Positions 28,691 to 39,501 are shown, numbered from the whole stretch's first letter. The stretch is 61,731 bases of DNA, filler included, from Candidatus Babelota bacterium (GCA_017999075.1; 9 parts of 9 records of this genome joined end to end with filler, not necessarily neighbours in it), one strand, 5' to 3'. Notes: generated by a model not told the origin, from the sequence alone. Program-made: numbers and translations.

Positions 28691-31600
28691 ATGATTCATA
28701 AAGAACATGAAGATATAAAAATACTATATGTTGAAGATGATGAGATGGTTAGAGAATATGTTGAACTAATGCTAAAAAGGCGGTATACTGAAGTTTATTG
28801 CGCAGCCGATGGCAAAAGAGGAATTGAACTCTATCAAACTAAAAATATTGATGTTGTTATTACAGATATACGAATGCCAAGAATGAACGGATTGGAAATG
28901 TCGAAAAAAATTATAGAGATGAATCCTGCGGCGCATATTATAGTTACTACGGCGTTTAATGATAGCGAACTTTTACTTGAATCAATTGATATTGGTGTTG
29001 AAAGATATATTCTTAAACCTGTAGAAATGCCGAAATTGTTTGATGCGTTGAATTACTGCACTAAACTAATTAAGCTTCAACGTTCAGAAAAAAAATATCT
29101 TATTGAAATTGAAAATAAATCAAGAAATTTGGAAAAAGCTAACATTGAATTAAAAATAAAAGATAACGCAATAAAAACTGCTGTCAGTTCAATAGCATTT
29201 GCAGAGATTGGAGGCAGGATATTTTATGTGAATGATTCATTGGTTAAAACGTTGGAATATGATAATAAAGATGAAGTTTATGGGAAATATCCTGAGGATT
29301 TTTATCCTTCAGAAGAAATAGAAAAATTTCAGAAAGTTTTAGAAATTATTAAAACAACAGGCTGTTGGACAGGCGAGTTAAAAGCAAAAAAGAAAAATGG
29401 GAAATTAATTGATATTAGAATATCTGCAAGTTTAGTGAAAAACGAAAGCGGAAATTCTATCTGCATGATGTTTTCATTTGAAGATATCTCTGAACGAAAG
29501 CGTGCAGAAACCGAGATACTTAAATTGAATCGGATTTATGCTGTTTTAAGCAATATCAATCAATCAATCGTCAGAAACAGAAAAACGGGAAAGTTGTTTA
29601 ATGAAGCGTGCCGTATTATAGTGGAATACGGCAAATTCATGATGGCCTGGATAGGTACAATAACTCCTCAAACAAACAAACTTGAAGTAACTGCATCTTT
29701 TGGAATTCCAGCAGATTATTTAAAAAAGATTAATAATGGTATAACCGGAGAATTAATTGATTATAATAATGCCGAGATAACAATGGAGACAGGTAAACAT
29801 AAAATAACTAATAATATAATAAACTATGGTTATAAGTCTTGCGCTGCGTTTCCAATAATAGTTTTTGGAAAAGTTACAGGTGTATTAAATGTGTTTTCTG
29901 AAGAAATAAATTTTTTTGAAGAAGATAATGTGAAACTTTTTGATGAAGTTACAAGCGATCTTTCTTTTGCGGTTGAATTTATTCAACGCGAATCAGAACG
30001 AAAATGCGCAGAAGAAAAATTATTCCATCAAAACGAATTTTTGAATACAATCTTGGATTCGCTTGTGTATCCTTTTTATGTTGTTGACGCCAAAAATTAT
30101 AATATTGTTTTAGCGAACAAATCAAGCGGATTTGATTCAATGCCGGGTTCGACCTGTTATGAGCTTACACATAAACAAAATTCTCCTTGTAATAATATTA
30201 AACACCCTTGTCCGCTTGAAATAGTGAAAAATACGGGGAAACCTGTAGAAGTTGAACATATTCATCGTGATAATAATGGTTGTTCCAAAAGTGTAATGAT
30301 TTATGCATTTCCTCTTTTTGATAAATCCGGAACTGTAGTTCAGGTCATAGAATATGCTATAGATATTACTGAACTTAAAAAAACTGCAGCTGCGTTATTT
30401 GCGTCAGAAGAACGGTATAGATTATTGTTTGATAATGCCAGAGATGGTATTGCTCTTGCAGAATCTGATACAGGTATAATTATAGATTGTAATAAAGCAT
30501 TGTGCAATATTGTTGAACGGGATAAAACAGAAATTTTAGGACAAAGTCAATCCATACTCCACCCGCCGCAGCAAGTTTTGCAGAGCGGTATATCGGTTTC
30601 TTTTGAGCAGCACCGTACAGGTGGAAATAACAGTAATACTCTGGAAGATTTTGTGCTTACAAAAACAGGAAAACACGTACCTGTAGAGATAAGAGCTGCG
30701 CACATATCAATAAACGGACGAAGTCATTTGCTGGGTATATTCAGAGATATTACAGAACGCAAAGAGGCAGAAAAAATATTGAAAGACAGTGAAGAAAAAT
30801 TTCGAACAACTGTAGAAATATTAAATGTCGGAATTTTCAGGAATACAGGCGAAATTCCAGGTAAATTTTTATTTTGCAATAATAAGCTTGCAGAACTTCA
30901 CGGATTTGATTCAATAGAAGAATTTTTGAAAATGCCGATAACAGATTTATATTACGTCCCATCTGACAGAGTTGCATTTCTTGAGAAATTAAATAAAAAA
31001 GGGTTCTTAAAGAATTATGAACTGATATTGAAGAAAAAAAACGGTGATGCTTTTTATTGTTCGTGCACCGCAAAAATAAAATATGATAACAATGGAAAAA
31101 TTTTGTGGATTGACGGAGTAATAGAAGATATTACCGAACATAAAAATATTGAAAAAGAAGTTCAAAACCAGCAGATGCAGCTTATTCAAAGCGGGAAAAT
31201 GGCTGCTCTAGGTCAACTCATTGCAGGGGTTGCTCATGAGATAAATAACCCGAATTGTCTTATTACTCTTAATGTTGCTCTTCTTGAAGATTATTGGAAA
31301 TATTTAAAACCAATGGTAAAGGATTGTAATAAACTGTCAGATAATACAGGAATGATTAAGACAAATAAAGTTATTACTGATATGGAAAGAGTTATAAGCA
31401 CTTTGAATATGGGTTCCAACAGAATTAAACTTATAGTAGATAACTTGAAAAATTTTTCAAGGGATAGTGGCGATGCTAAAAAAGAATATTTTTCGGTTAA
31501 AGAAATTATTGAAAAATCATATTTGATATGTGGAGCAGCTGTTCGTAAAAGAGTTTCTCATATTACATTTGATATACCGGATAATTTACCATTGTTATTT

Positions 31601-31942
31601 TGTGATTTAGTAAAAATAGAGCAGGTGTTTATTAATTTGATGACAAATGCCGCAGATGCAATAAATGATCAAATCAATGGTAAAATAATAATAAGTTGCA
31701 ATTTAGTTGAAAATAAAAATATTGAAATTCATATTACTGATAATGGAACAGGGATTCCGGCCGATAATATTAATAAAATTTTTGATCCTTTTTTTACGAC
31801 TAAACTTAACAGCGGCGGAACAGGGCTTGGTTTATCTATTGTCTGGGGGATTGTGAAAGATCATAATGGCGAAATATCTGTCAATTCAAAAGAAGGTAAG
31901 GGAACAGAGTTTGTTATAAAACTGCCGATTAAAAAAGATTAA
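28691..31942 (+). CDS. Hybrid cytoplasmic histidine kinase: REC, PAS, GAF, three PAS, HisKA, HATPase
   Basis: LYVEDD..TDIRMP; repeated DIT/SER PAS ends; AGVAHEINNP; DNGTGI; GTGLGL. Confidence 0.92.
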   Translation: MIHKEHEDIKILYVEDDEMVREYVELMLKRRYTEVYCAADGKRGIELYQTKNIDVVITDIRMPRMNGLEMSKKIIEMNPAAHIIVTTAFNDSELLLESIDIGVERYILKPVEMPKLFDALNYCTKLIKLQRSEKKYLIEIENKSRNLEKANIELKIKDNAIKTAVSSIAFAEIGGRIFYVNDSLVKTLEYDNKDEVYGKYPEDFYPSEEIEKFQKVLEIIKTTGCWTGELKAKKKNGKLIDIRISASLVKNESGNSICMMFSFEDISERKRAETEILKLNRIYAVLSNINQSIVRNRKTGKLFNEACRIIVEYGKFMMAWIGTITPQTNKLEVTASFGIPADYLKKINNGITGELIDYNNAEITMETGKHKITNNIINYGYKSCAAFPIIVFGKVTGVLNVFSEEINFFEEDNVKLFDEVTSDLSFAVEFIQRESERKCAEEKLFHQNEFLNTILDSLVYPFYVVDAKNYNIVLANKSSGFDSMPGSTCYELTHKQNSPCNNIKHPCPLEIVKNTGKPVEVEHIHRDNNGCSKSVMIYAFPLFDKSGTVVQVIEYAIDITELKKTAAALFASEERYRLLFDNARDGIALAESDTGIIIDCNKALCNIVERDKTEILGQSQSILHPPQQVLQSGISVSFEQHRTGGNNSNTLEDFVLTKTGKHVPVEIRAAHISINGRSHLLGIFRDITERKEAEKILKDSEEKFRTTVEILNVGIFRNTGEIPGKFLFCNNKLAELHGFDSIEEFLKMPITDLYYVPSDRVAFLEKLNKKGFLKNYELILKKKNGDAFYCSCTAKIKYDNNGKILWIDGVIEDITEHKNIEKEVQNQQMQLIQSGKMAALGQLIAGVAHEINNPNCLITLNVALLEDYWKYLKPMVKDCNKLSDNTGMIKTNKVITDMERVISTLNMGSNRIKLIVDNLKNFSRDSGDAKKEYFSVKEIIEKSYLICGAAVRKRVSHITFDIPDNLPLLFCDLVKIEQVFINLMTNAADAINDQINGKIIISCNLVENKNIEIHITDNGTGIPADNINKIFDPFFTTKLNSGGTGLGLSIVWGIVKDHNGEISVNSKEGKGTEFVIKLPIKKD

Positions 31943-32050
31943 TAAGCACCGCTGTCTTAATTTAAAAAAACGTTTTGAGTACATAATTTTTTTTATGTTG
32001 TTATATAATTCATGTATAGTTATAATATAATAACTGGAGAAAAATAAAAA

Positions 32051-33385
32051 ATGAAAATACTGATAGTAGATGATGAAAAATTATTATGTGAATCATTAAA
32101 ACAAATTCTTGAATTTGAGGGAATGAGCGATATTACAATAAGTTCAAATGCTATTGAAGGCGAAAATGAAATAATTAAAAATATTTATGATATTGTAATT
32201 ATTGATTTAATGATGCCTGAAAAAAACGGAAACAAAATTCTTTCCGACGCTAAAGCAAAAGGTGTTAAGTCAGAATTTATTGTTTTAACTGCTGTAAACG
32301 ATATACCGATGGTAGTTGAATGTCTTAAATCCGGAGCTTTTAATTATATTCTCAAACCCACTTCAAAAGATTTGATGATTGCTGCTGTCAAAAGCGCTTA
32401 TGAACATTATTTGCTTAAAAATAATCTTGCTTTATTTACAACAAGACATGATGTGGTTTTGCCTTCTGAATATGATAAAATTTTAACAAATGATTTAAAT
32501 TTCAAAAAAATACTGCTTTATTCTTATCGGTTGGCAAAAACCGATTGTCCTGTTTTTATAACAGGCTCTTCAGGAACAGGAAAAACATTGTTAGCTGAAG
32601 CAATACATAATGCGAGTTCAAGAAAAAATAAAACATTTGTTTCTGTTAATATTAATGCAATACCTGATGCGCTTTTTGAAAGTGAATTGTTTGGCCATAG
32701 GAAAGGAGCGTTTACCGGCGCCAATGAAAATAAATCTGGTTTATGTAAAATCGCAGATGGCGGGACCTTATTTATTGATGAAATTGGAGAATTGACTTTA
32801 CAAAATCAGATAAAACTTTTAAAAATAATTGAAGAGAAAAGCTTTTATCCTGTCGGGTCAAATGTACCGGAGAAATCCGATTTTAGAATTATAACTGCTA
32901 CCAGCAAGGATTTAATAAAAGAAGTTTCAGCAGGAAGTTTTCGTAATGATTTATTTTATCGTATAAACATTGGGAATATATATCTGCCTAATTTAAAAGA
33001 AAGAAGTCAGGATATATTTTATTTGAGTAAAGAAATTATTCGGAATTTAAATGAAATGAATAATACCAATAAACAAATTTCAACGGGAGTTTTTAATATT
33101 TTAGTTGAATATGAATTCCCGGGTAATTATAGAGAACTTAGGAATATTATTGAAAGCGCATATTATAAAACTGAAGAAGATGTTATTACACAGGAATTTA
33201 TTAATATACCTATCAATTCTGAAACAAATCAATTTCCTCAAGAACAGCCACTTTCGTTAGAAGATAAAAAAAAACAGTATATAAAAAGTATTCTTGCAAT
33301 TTATCAGGATAAAAATATAGCTGCAAAAGTTTTAAAAATATCTTTAAGACAGCTTTATAATTATATTAACAAATATAAAATTTGA
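32051..33385 (+). CDS. Sigma54-dependent response regulator (NtrC family)
   Basis: REC, GSSGTGKT, GAFTGA, FIDEIG, FRNDLFYR, C-terminal HTH. Confidence 0.95.
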   Translation: MKILIVDDEKLLCESLKQILEFEGMSDITISSNAIEGENEIIKNIYDIVIIDLMMPEKNGNKILSDAKAKGVKSEFIVLTAVNDIPMVVECLKSGAFNYILKPTSKDLMIAAVKSAYEHYLLKNNLALFTTRHDVVLPSEYDKILTNDLNFKKILLYSYRLAKTDCPVFITGSSGTGKTLLAEAIHNASSRKNKTFVSVNINAIPDALFESELFGHRKGAFTGANENKSGLCKIADGGTLFIDEIGELTLQNQIKLLKIIEEKSFYPVGSNVPEKSDFRIITATSKDLIKEVSAGSFRNDLFYRINIGNIYLPNLKERSQDIFYLSKEIIRNLNEMNNTNKQISTGVFNILVEYEFPGNYRELRNIIESAYYKTEEDVITQEFINIPINSETNQFPQEQPLSLEDKKKQYIKSILAIYQDKNIAAKVLKISLRQLYNYINKYKI

Positions 33386-33554
33386 AATATCCTTCAAAAA
33401 GTCTTATTTTATTTTGAAATATCTTTCCGTGTCTGATTTTAAATTATTGTATAATTTATATTAATCATAATAATAATAAAATCTGCTTTTATTAACTTTC
33501 TGATAATCAAATAGTTTTGAAAATAAGTATATTAATTTTATTTTTATAACAAAA

Positions 33555-33570
33555 CGGGAATACTATTGCT
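33555..33570 (+). promoter_or_regulatory. Possible sigma54 (-24/-12) promoter
   Basis: GG-N10-GC spacing with TTGCT (cGGgaatactattGCt); the -24 half is a weak match to TGGCAC. Confidence 0.3.
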
Positions 33571-33664
33571 TTGTTATTGAAGTTGATAATAAAATTTAAT
33601 ATTGAAAATGTTCCGACAATTAATTTTTATGAATTATAAAAATAATAATTAGAGGGAAATTATC

Positions 33665-34714
33665 ATGGACCAAAAATTAAATAAAGTTAAAATAATGGTA
33701 GTTGATGATGAAAAAGAAATTTGCCTGTCATTAAAATTTATGCTGGAATTCAACGGATATGCTGTTGAAATATTTTATAATGTGGAATCAGCATATAATT
33801 ATTTGTTACATAATGAAGAAAATTTGCCGGATATTATTATAACAGATTATCAGATGCAGGGAGCAAATGGAATAGAATTATTGAATAAAGTAAAAAATAA
33901 TTATCCTGAAATTAGCGTGATTATTATGACAGGTTATGGAAATAAAAAATTAGCTGTTGAAAGTATGGTGTCAGGAGCTGAAAATTTTTTAGATAAACCT
34001 ATTTCAGCGTATGATGTTTTAAAGGCTATTGAAGAAATTATTAATAAAAGAGAATTAAAATTAGAAAACCAAAGACGGATAAACTCAACAATATTACATG
34101 AGTTGAATAATCATTTGTCAGTATTGAAAACATCAGTGCAGCTTATAGAATTAGAAGATAAGAGTAATACAAATATTTCTGATATAATGATGAAACAAAT
34201 AGATTTAATGAACGGTTCAATCAGAACAATGCTAACTCCGGAAAATTTTGTTAATCTGTCGCTGAAATTTAAAAAAGAAAAAATAAATTTAAAGGAAACT
34301 GTTGATAATGCAGTATTGTTTCTTAAAAATGAGGCTGCTGATAAAGGTATAAAAATTGAAACGGATCTGAATGATTCATGGATGGAGGCTGATATAAATT
34401 ATATTCGCCAGGCAATAATGAATATTATACTTAATGCCATCAGATATTCTCCTGAAAGCACTGTAATTAAAGTTAAGTTAATTGATGAATCAGGCTATGT
34501 ATGCATTGAAATAGCTGATGAAGGACCTGGCATTTCAGATGATTTGAAAAATAAAATTTTTAATTATGGTTTTAGAGTAAATAAAAATGTAAAAGGAAAT
34601 GGAATAGGATTATTCTTTGTTAGGGATGTATTGAAATCACATAACGGCAGAATTGAAGTGATAGATAATGTTCCCAAAGGCAGTATATTCAGGATAACAT
34701 TAAATAAAAACTAA
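33665..34714 (+). CDS. REC-histidine kinase hybrid without sensor domain
   Basis: VVDDE..TDYQM..KP; ILHELNNHL; NAIRY; DEGPGI; GNGIGL. Confidence 0.9.
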   Translation: MDQKLNKVKIMVVDDEKEICLSLKFMLEFNGYAVEIFYNVESAYNYLLHNEENLPDIIITDYQMQGANGIELLNKVKNNYPEISVIIMTGYGNKKLAVESMVSGAENFLDKPISAYDVLKAIEEIINKRELKLENQRRINSTILHELNNHLSVLKTSVQLIELEDKSNTNISDIMMKQIDLMNGSIRTMLTPENFVNLSLKFKKEKINLKETVDNAVLFLKNEAADKGIKIETDLNDSWMEADINYIRQAIMNIILNAIRYSPESTVIKVKLIDESGYVCIEIADEGPGISDDLKNKIFNYGFRVNKNVKGNGIGLFFVRDVLKSHNGRIEVIDNVPKGSIFRITLNKN

Positions 34715-34730
34715 AAAAGGAGGTTTTGAA

Positions 34731-35207
34731 ATGGAAGAAAAAAATACTTTGTTTGATAAATCAGGAGGGAAACTGCTGACTTTTTTTTTGGATAATCGTG
34801 AATACGGCATTCAGATTCTTGAAGCCCGCGAAGTAGTCGGAATGCAGAATATTGATCCAGTACCGCGCACGCCTGCATTTATGAAAGGCGTTATAAATTT
34901 GCGCGGAAAAATTGTTCCTGTTATTGATTTGCGTTTAAAATTCGATATGGTTCAAAGTGAGTATGATAAAGATAACTGCATTCTTGTTGTAGATTTGAAT
35001 GGAATTCTGACTGGCATTATTGTTGATCAACTTGCAGGTGTAATTACTATTGATAAAGAACATTATGAAATTTCCCCAAAACTTGGAAATAACATTAATG
35101 CAGAATTTGTTTCAGGTATGGTTAAACTTGACGAACGCGTTATAATAGTTCTTGAAATAGAAAAAGTGTTGGATAATGCTGAAATAAAAATTCTTAAATT
35201 GGCATGA
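34731..35207 (+). CDS. cheW: Chemotaxis coupling protein (second copy)
   Basis: VPRTPAFMKGVINLRGKIVPVIDLRLKF; AAGGAGG RBS. Confidence 0.95.
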   Translation: MEEKNTLFDKSGGKLLTFFLDNREYGIQILEAREVVGMQNIDPVPRTPAFMKGVINLRGKIVPVIDLRLKFDMVQSEYDKDNCILVVDLNGILTGIIVDQLAGVITIDKEHYEISPKLGNNINAEFVSGMVKLDERVIIVLEIEKVLDNAEIKILKLA

Positions 35208-35329
35208 TGAGATTTTGATTAAAAGTTATAAATGAAACCTGAATTAAATCGTGATGCAAATAAAAATTTTTTTTTTAATGAACGCAGATTTTCTGAAAAC
35301 AAATTTTAATAATTTATTATTTTTTTAGG

Positions 35330-37177
35330 ATGGTGTTTAAAATGAATTTAAAATTATCTACTAAACTTATCAGTGGTTTTTTGATTGTTGCGGTTATTTG
35401 TTTATTGGTCGGCAGCATAGGTTTTTATGGAATTGAAAAAACTGAAGGGAATCTGGAAAATATAGGTGTGAACCGTATTCCTGATTTGAGATCATTAGCT
35501 GAACTCAACCGTGAACGTATGGCGATTCGCGCGCAAACTCTTGATGTTTATCAATACGAGTTTCAGAATAATTCAAATGAAAAATATCAGAAAATATTGG
35601 AACAGCGTAAAAAAAGTTGGGGAAAAGTTGATAAAGCCTGGGCAACACTATTGGCTATTCCGCGCCAGTCAGAACGAGGTAGGAATTTAATAAAAAAAGT
35701 AGAATCAGAATATAATGCATGGCGCAATATTTATGTTCAATTAGAAAAGATAATCGTTCAATTAATTAAAACGACTGATGCAAGTCAAAAAAATGTTCTC
35801 TATAAAGAATATAGAGAAACTGTAGCTGAAATGGTGCCAATATCAGATGCAATGGGAAAAACTTTCGATGAGATAACAGAAAACAATACTGCCAACACCA
35901 ATAAAATGATTGAAGATAGTATATCTGATGGGCACAGTACTCAGATGTTTACTTCAGTAACAGTTATTGCAGGTTTTTTTCTCGCAGTTATATTTGGAGT
36001 ATTGCTGAGTAGAAATATTGCCGGAAATTTATTAAATATGTTAAACAGATTGACATCGGGCGGCAGTCAGGTAACTTCAGCAGCTGGTCAAATAGCATCT
36101 GCCAGTATTCAATTATCAGAAGGAGCTCAGGAACAGGCTGCGTCAATTGAAGAAATGTCTGCAACAATGGAAGAAATGTCATCGCAGGCTCATACAAACG
36201 CAGATACAAGCAAAAACGCCAATATAAGTGCAAAAAAAGTTGTAGAAATAAGCGGTGCTGCTGCTGAAAATGCAAAGAATGTTTCTGTTCTTGCAGCCGG
36301 AGCAAGGGATGCTGCTGATAACGGAGCTAAGGTAATGAATGAAATAGTTGATTCAATGGAAGATATCAGAAAAGGCAGTGAAAAAATAACAGATATAATA
36401 GATACAATAAATGAAATTGCGCAGCAGACAAAGATGCTTGCTGTAAATGCAGCTATTGAAGCAGCCCGTGCAGGCGAGCATGGTCAGGGTTTCGCAGTTG
36501 TAGCTGATCAGGTATCTAAACTTGCTGAAACATCGCGTACTGCTGCTAAAGAGATCGCTGAGTTAATAAAAGAAAGTGTTAAGAAAACATGCACAGGAGC
36601 TCAGACAGCGCAAAAAGGCTCGGAAGCAATTAAAAATATTTCTATTAATGCGATTAAAGTTGTTGATATTGCAAATGAAGTCGCGAACATAGCAAAAGAA
36701 GTTAAAGAATCTGCAAGCGCAGTAAATCAGCATCTTGAACAGATTAGCATAGCATCAATTGAACAGTCAAACGGAATAGAACAATCAACAAAAGCAATTG
36801 CACAGATAGATAGTGTAACACAGCAGAATGCCAGCGCTGCTGAAGAAACCTCGTCTGCTGCAGAAGAACTTAATTCTCAGGCTGAAGCAATGATGGGAAT
36901 AGTGAACGAATTAAATGTTTTGGTTACTGGCAAAATTATGGAAAAAGGCCAGTCGAAAAAAAATCAATCAGAACAGAAAATTCATACAGGCAATCAATAT
37001 AGAAAAGATTCGTTCCATAAAGAATCATCTGATTGCTATTCTGAACATTTAAAATTACATAAGAAACCTGTAGTAGCGCATAATAGAAAAATTTTGCCGA
37101 AAGGAATAGAGGAAATTAATCCTAAAGATGTTATACCTATGAAAGAAGATTTTTCTGAATTTATTGAAAAACGTTAG
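35330..37177 (+). CDS. Methyl-accepting chemotaxis protein with 4-helix-bundle sensor, no clear HAMP, extended signalling domain
   Basis: TM1, helical sensor, TM2; [31 protein letters not shown]; long tail ending [10 protein letters not shown]. Confidence 0.93.
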   Translation: MVFKMNLKLSTKLISGFLIVAVICLLVGSIGFYGIEKTEGNLENIGVNRIPDLRSLAELNRERMAIRAQTLDVYQYEFQNNSNEKYQKILEQRKKSWGKVDKAWATLLAIPRQSERGRNLIKKVESEYNAWRNIYVQLEKIIVQLIKTTDASQKNVLYKEYRETVAEMVPISDAMGKTFDEITENNTANTNKMIEDSISDGHSTQMFTSVTVIAGFFLAVIFGVLLSRNIAGNLLNMLNRLTSGGSQVTSAAGQIASASIQLSEGAQEQAASIEEMSATMEEMSSQAHTNADTSKNANISAKKVVEISGAAAENAKNVSVLAAGARDAADNGAKVMNEIVDSMEDIRKGSEKITDIIDTINEIAQQTKMLAVNAAIEAARAGEHGQGFAVVADQVSKLAETSRTAAKEIAELIKESVKKTCTGAQTAQKGSEAIKNISINAIKVVDIANEVANIAKEVKESASAVNQHLEQISIASIEQSNGIEQSTKAIAQIDSVTQQNASAAEETSSAAEELNSQAEAMMGIVNELNVLVTGKIMEKGQSKKNQSEQKIHTGNQYRKDSFHKESSDCYSEHLKLHKKPVVAHNRKILPKGIEEINPKDVIPMKEDFSEFIEKR

Positions 37178-37224
37178 ATATTAGATTATATAAATAGTTT
37201 GATTTGAAATTTTTATAATAGTGC

Positions 37225-37294
37225 ATAAAAATAAAAAATCATCAAATTGCATTTTTATTTTCAATGAATGCATTTGATGATTTTTTATTTTTAT
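37225..37294. terminator. Long inverted repeat, probable intrinsic terminator after the chemosensory cluster
   Basis: ATAAAAATAAAAAATCATCAAATTGCATT ... AATGCATTTGATGATTTTTTATTTTTAT: ~28-bp arms with one bulge, A/T tracts both sides. Confidence 0.7.
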
Positions 37295-37348
37295 AGATAT
37301 TTTATGTAGTTAAAAAAAAATAAATTAAAAATAAATAAAAAATTATAA

Positions 37349-37377
37349 TTGATGAAAAAATATAAATGTGATATAAT
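37349..37377 (+). promoter_or_regulatory. Candidate sigma70 promoter for a gene beyond the contig end
   Basis: TTGATG-N17-TATAAT with TGn extended -10; the contig ends on an RBS-like AGGAG. AT-richness inflates chance matches. Confidence 0.35.
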
Positions 37378-37609
37378 TATAATAAATAAATTTATCTTAC
37401 ATTTGTTTTTATCTGTTTTAAGGAAATATTTCAAAATATGATTTTAGATTTATACAAAATTATTATTTAATATATGTTTTGTAAAAAATGGATAAGCGGC
37501 TATTTTGAAATGTTTCTGTTAAATCAAATTGTTGGTTTTCACTGTTAAATGTTCATTGTGTTTTACATAAAAAAATAATTCACCAGAAATGTCTTTTATA
37601 ACATAGGAG

Positions 37610-37709
37610 NNNNNNNNNNNNNNNNNNNNNNNNNNNNNNNNNNNNNNNNNNNNTTAATTAATTAANNNNNNNNNNNNNNNNNNNNNNNNNNNNNNNNNNN
37701 NNNNNNNNN
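37610..37709. other. Artificial contig linker
   Basis: 100-bp N-TTAATTAATTAA-N. Confidence 0.98.
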
Positions 37710-37838
37710 AAATTGGAAAACACTGAATTTATTTCAAAAGCTCCTAAACAAGTTATTTAAAAAGAAACCAAGAAAAAAGAAGAATTTGAAAAGGTTATAA
37801 AAGAATTTTCTGAAACTCTAATTAAACTGAAAAAATAA
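37710..37838 (+). CDS. valS: C-terminal coiled coil of valyl-tRNA synthetase (fragment, with in-frame TAA at 37758-37760)
   Basis: Not in ORF track. KLENTEFISKAPKQVI*KETKKKEEF...KLKK* matches the ValRS KLxNxxFxxKAPxxVxxKE motif. Confidence 0.8.
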
Positions 37839-37839
37839 A

Positions 37840-38676
37840 ATGAAAATAGGCGCGCATTTTTCTATTTCAGGCGGAATATCAAAATCAATTGAATCTGCGG
37901 ACAGCTCTGGAGCTGAATGGATGCAGATATTTATAAGTAATCCGCGCGCATGGGCTGATCCGAAAATTTCTCCTGAAGAAATAGTATTATTTAATTCCAA
38001 ACGTTTAACCTCTGGTATTTCTGGAATAGCAGTGCATATGCCGTATCTTCCCAATATCGCGTCTTCAGAAAATATTATTTATCGAAAATCAATAGCTCAT
38101 CTTAAAAAAAATATTGATGCTGCAGAATTAATTAATGCCGACTATTTTATTATACATCCAGGAAAATCTATGGGCGCAGATGTTGATAAATCAATTAAAC
38201 GCATTGCAGATGCAGTAAATATTCTTATATCAAACACTTCAAAAATTCCGATATTGATTGAAAATACAGCCGGTCAGGGAAGTGAAATCGGATTTACCTT
38301 TTTTCAACTTGGAAAAATACTTGATAAAATTAAAAATAAAAAAAGATGCGGGATCTGCCTTGATACCGCCCATCTTTTCGGAGCAGGATATGATTTTTCA
38401 ACCCAAAACAGTTTGGAAAAAGTCATTAAAGAATTAATGTCTAATTTTGATATTAATTTTATTAAAATGTTTCATCTGAACGATACGACTGTAAATTTAG
38501 GCAGTAATGTTGACAGGCATTATTATATTGGCGAAGGTAAAATTGGAATACACGGATTTACAAATATTATGAAACATAAATATTTTTCATGTCTGCCTGG
38601 TATTGCTGAAACTCCTGAAGAAAATGATCCTTTGCACAAAAAGGCCATTGATTTGTTAAAAACTATTTCAATTTGA
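37840..38676 (+). CDS. nfo: Endonuclease IV
   Basis: IGAH, HMPY, IHPG, IENTAGQG, CLDTAH, HLND, DRH, ETP. Confidence 0.95.
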   Translation: MKIGAHFSISGGISKSIESADSSGAEWMQIFISNPRAWADPKISPEEIVLFNSKRLTSGISGIAVHMPYLPNIASSENIIYRKSIAHLKKNIDAAELINADYFIIHPGKSMGADVDKSIKRIADAVNILISNTSKIPILIENTAGQGSEIGFTFFQLGKILDKIKNKKRCGICLDTAHLFGAGYDFSTQNSLEKVIKELMSNFDINFIKMFHLNDTTVNLGSNVDRHYYIGEGKIGIHGFTNIMKHKYFSCLPGIAETPEENDPLHKKAIDLLKTISI

Positions 38677-38685
38677 TTTTACTGT

Positions 38686-39501
38686 ATGTTTTTTAAATTA
38701 ATTTTATATAAAAATCTGTTTTTTAAAATTGGTATTATAATTCTTATAATTTTTTTACACGGACAATCAATTCATTCTAAAAAACTTGAAAGTTTAAAAA
38801 AAACAAACAAATTTTCTGTAAAACGTTTGTCTGCATCTGATATGACTGAAATTTATAATAATAATTTTACTGATACCGGATTATCGGAAACTGTCAGAAT
38901 TATAGACAGCAGATCGTTTCTTGAATATGAAAATAAACATCTGCCTTTTTCAATTTGCATACCTGAAAAATTAACATCTGAATTACTGCCTGAAAAAATT
39001 AAAAAAAAAGATTTGAAATTAATTTTTTATTGTTCTAGAAAATTGTGCTCTGATGCTGAAAACAGCGCCCAAAAAGCAATTGATTCAGGATATAAGAACG
39101 TCTGGGTTTATTATGAAGGAATAGAAGAATGGGAAAAAAATAAATTTAAAATTGAAACCGGAGAAATATTCGGATTGAATATTGATTCTGAAATAAAATC
39201 AATCAAGCCTGGAGATTTGAATAAAATCCTGGATAAAACAATGTTGATTGATTTGATAGGAGATAAATATGTGGGATTTATTCCTAATTCAGTAATAATG
39301 CCGGTTGATGAATTTTATTTTAAATATTTTAAAATACCCCAAAACAAAAATATAGTAGTGTATTATCTGAATAACAAGTTGGCGATTCTTGCAATTAAAT
39401 TTTTATTCGTTAAAGGATATGATATATCAAAAATCAAATATCTTGAAGGCGGCATATTCAATTGGAAAAATTGCGGGTATGAAATAAAAAATAACCAATA
39501 A
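38686..39501 (+). CDS. Exported tandem rhodanese-domain protein
   Basis: N-terminal hydrophobic segment; IIDSR..EYENKHLP, FYCSRKLC, EGIEEW; second domain LEGGIFNW lacks the Cys. Confidence 0.8.
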   Translation: MFFKLILYKNLFFKIGIIILIIFLHGQSIHSKKLESLKKTNKFSVKRLSASDMTEIYNNNFTDTGLSETVRIIDSRSFLEYENKHLPFSICIPEKLTSELLPEKIKKKDLKLIFYCSRKLCSDAENSAQKAIDSGYKNVWVYYEGIEEWEKNKFKIETGEIFGLNIDSEIKSIKPGDLNKILDKTMLIDLIGDKYVGFIPNSVIMPVDEFYFKYFKIPQNKNIVVYYLNNKLAILAIKFLFVKGYDISKIKYLEGGIFNWKNCGYEIKNNQ

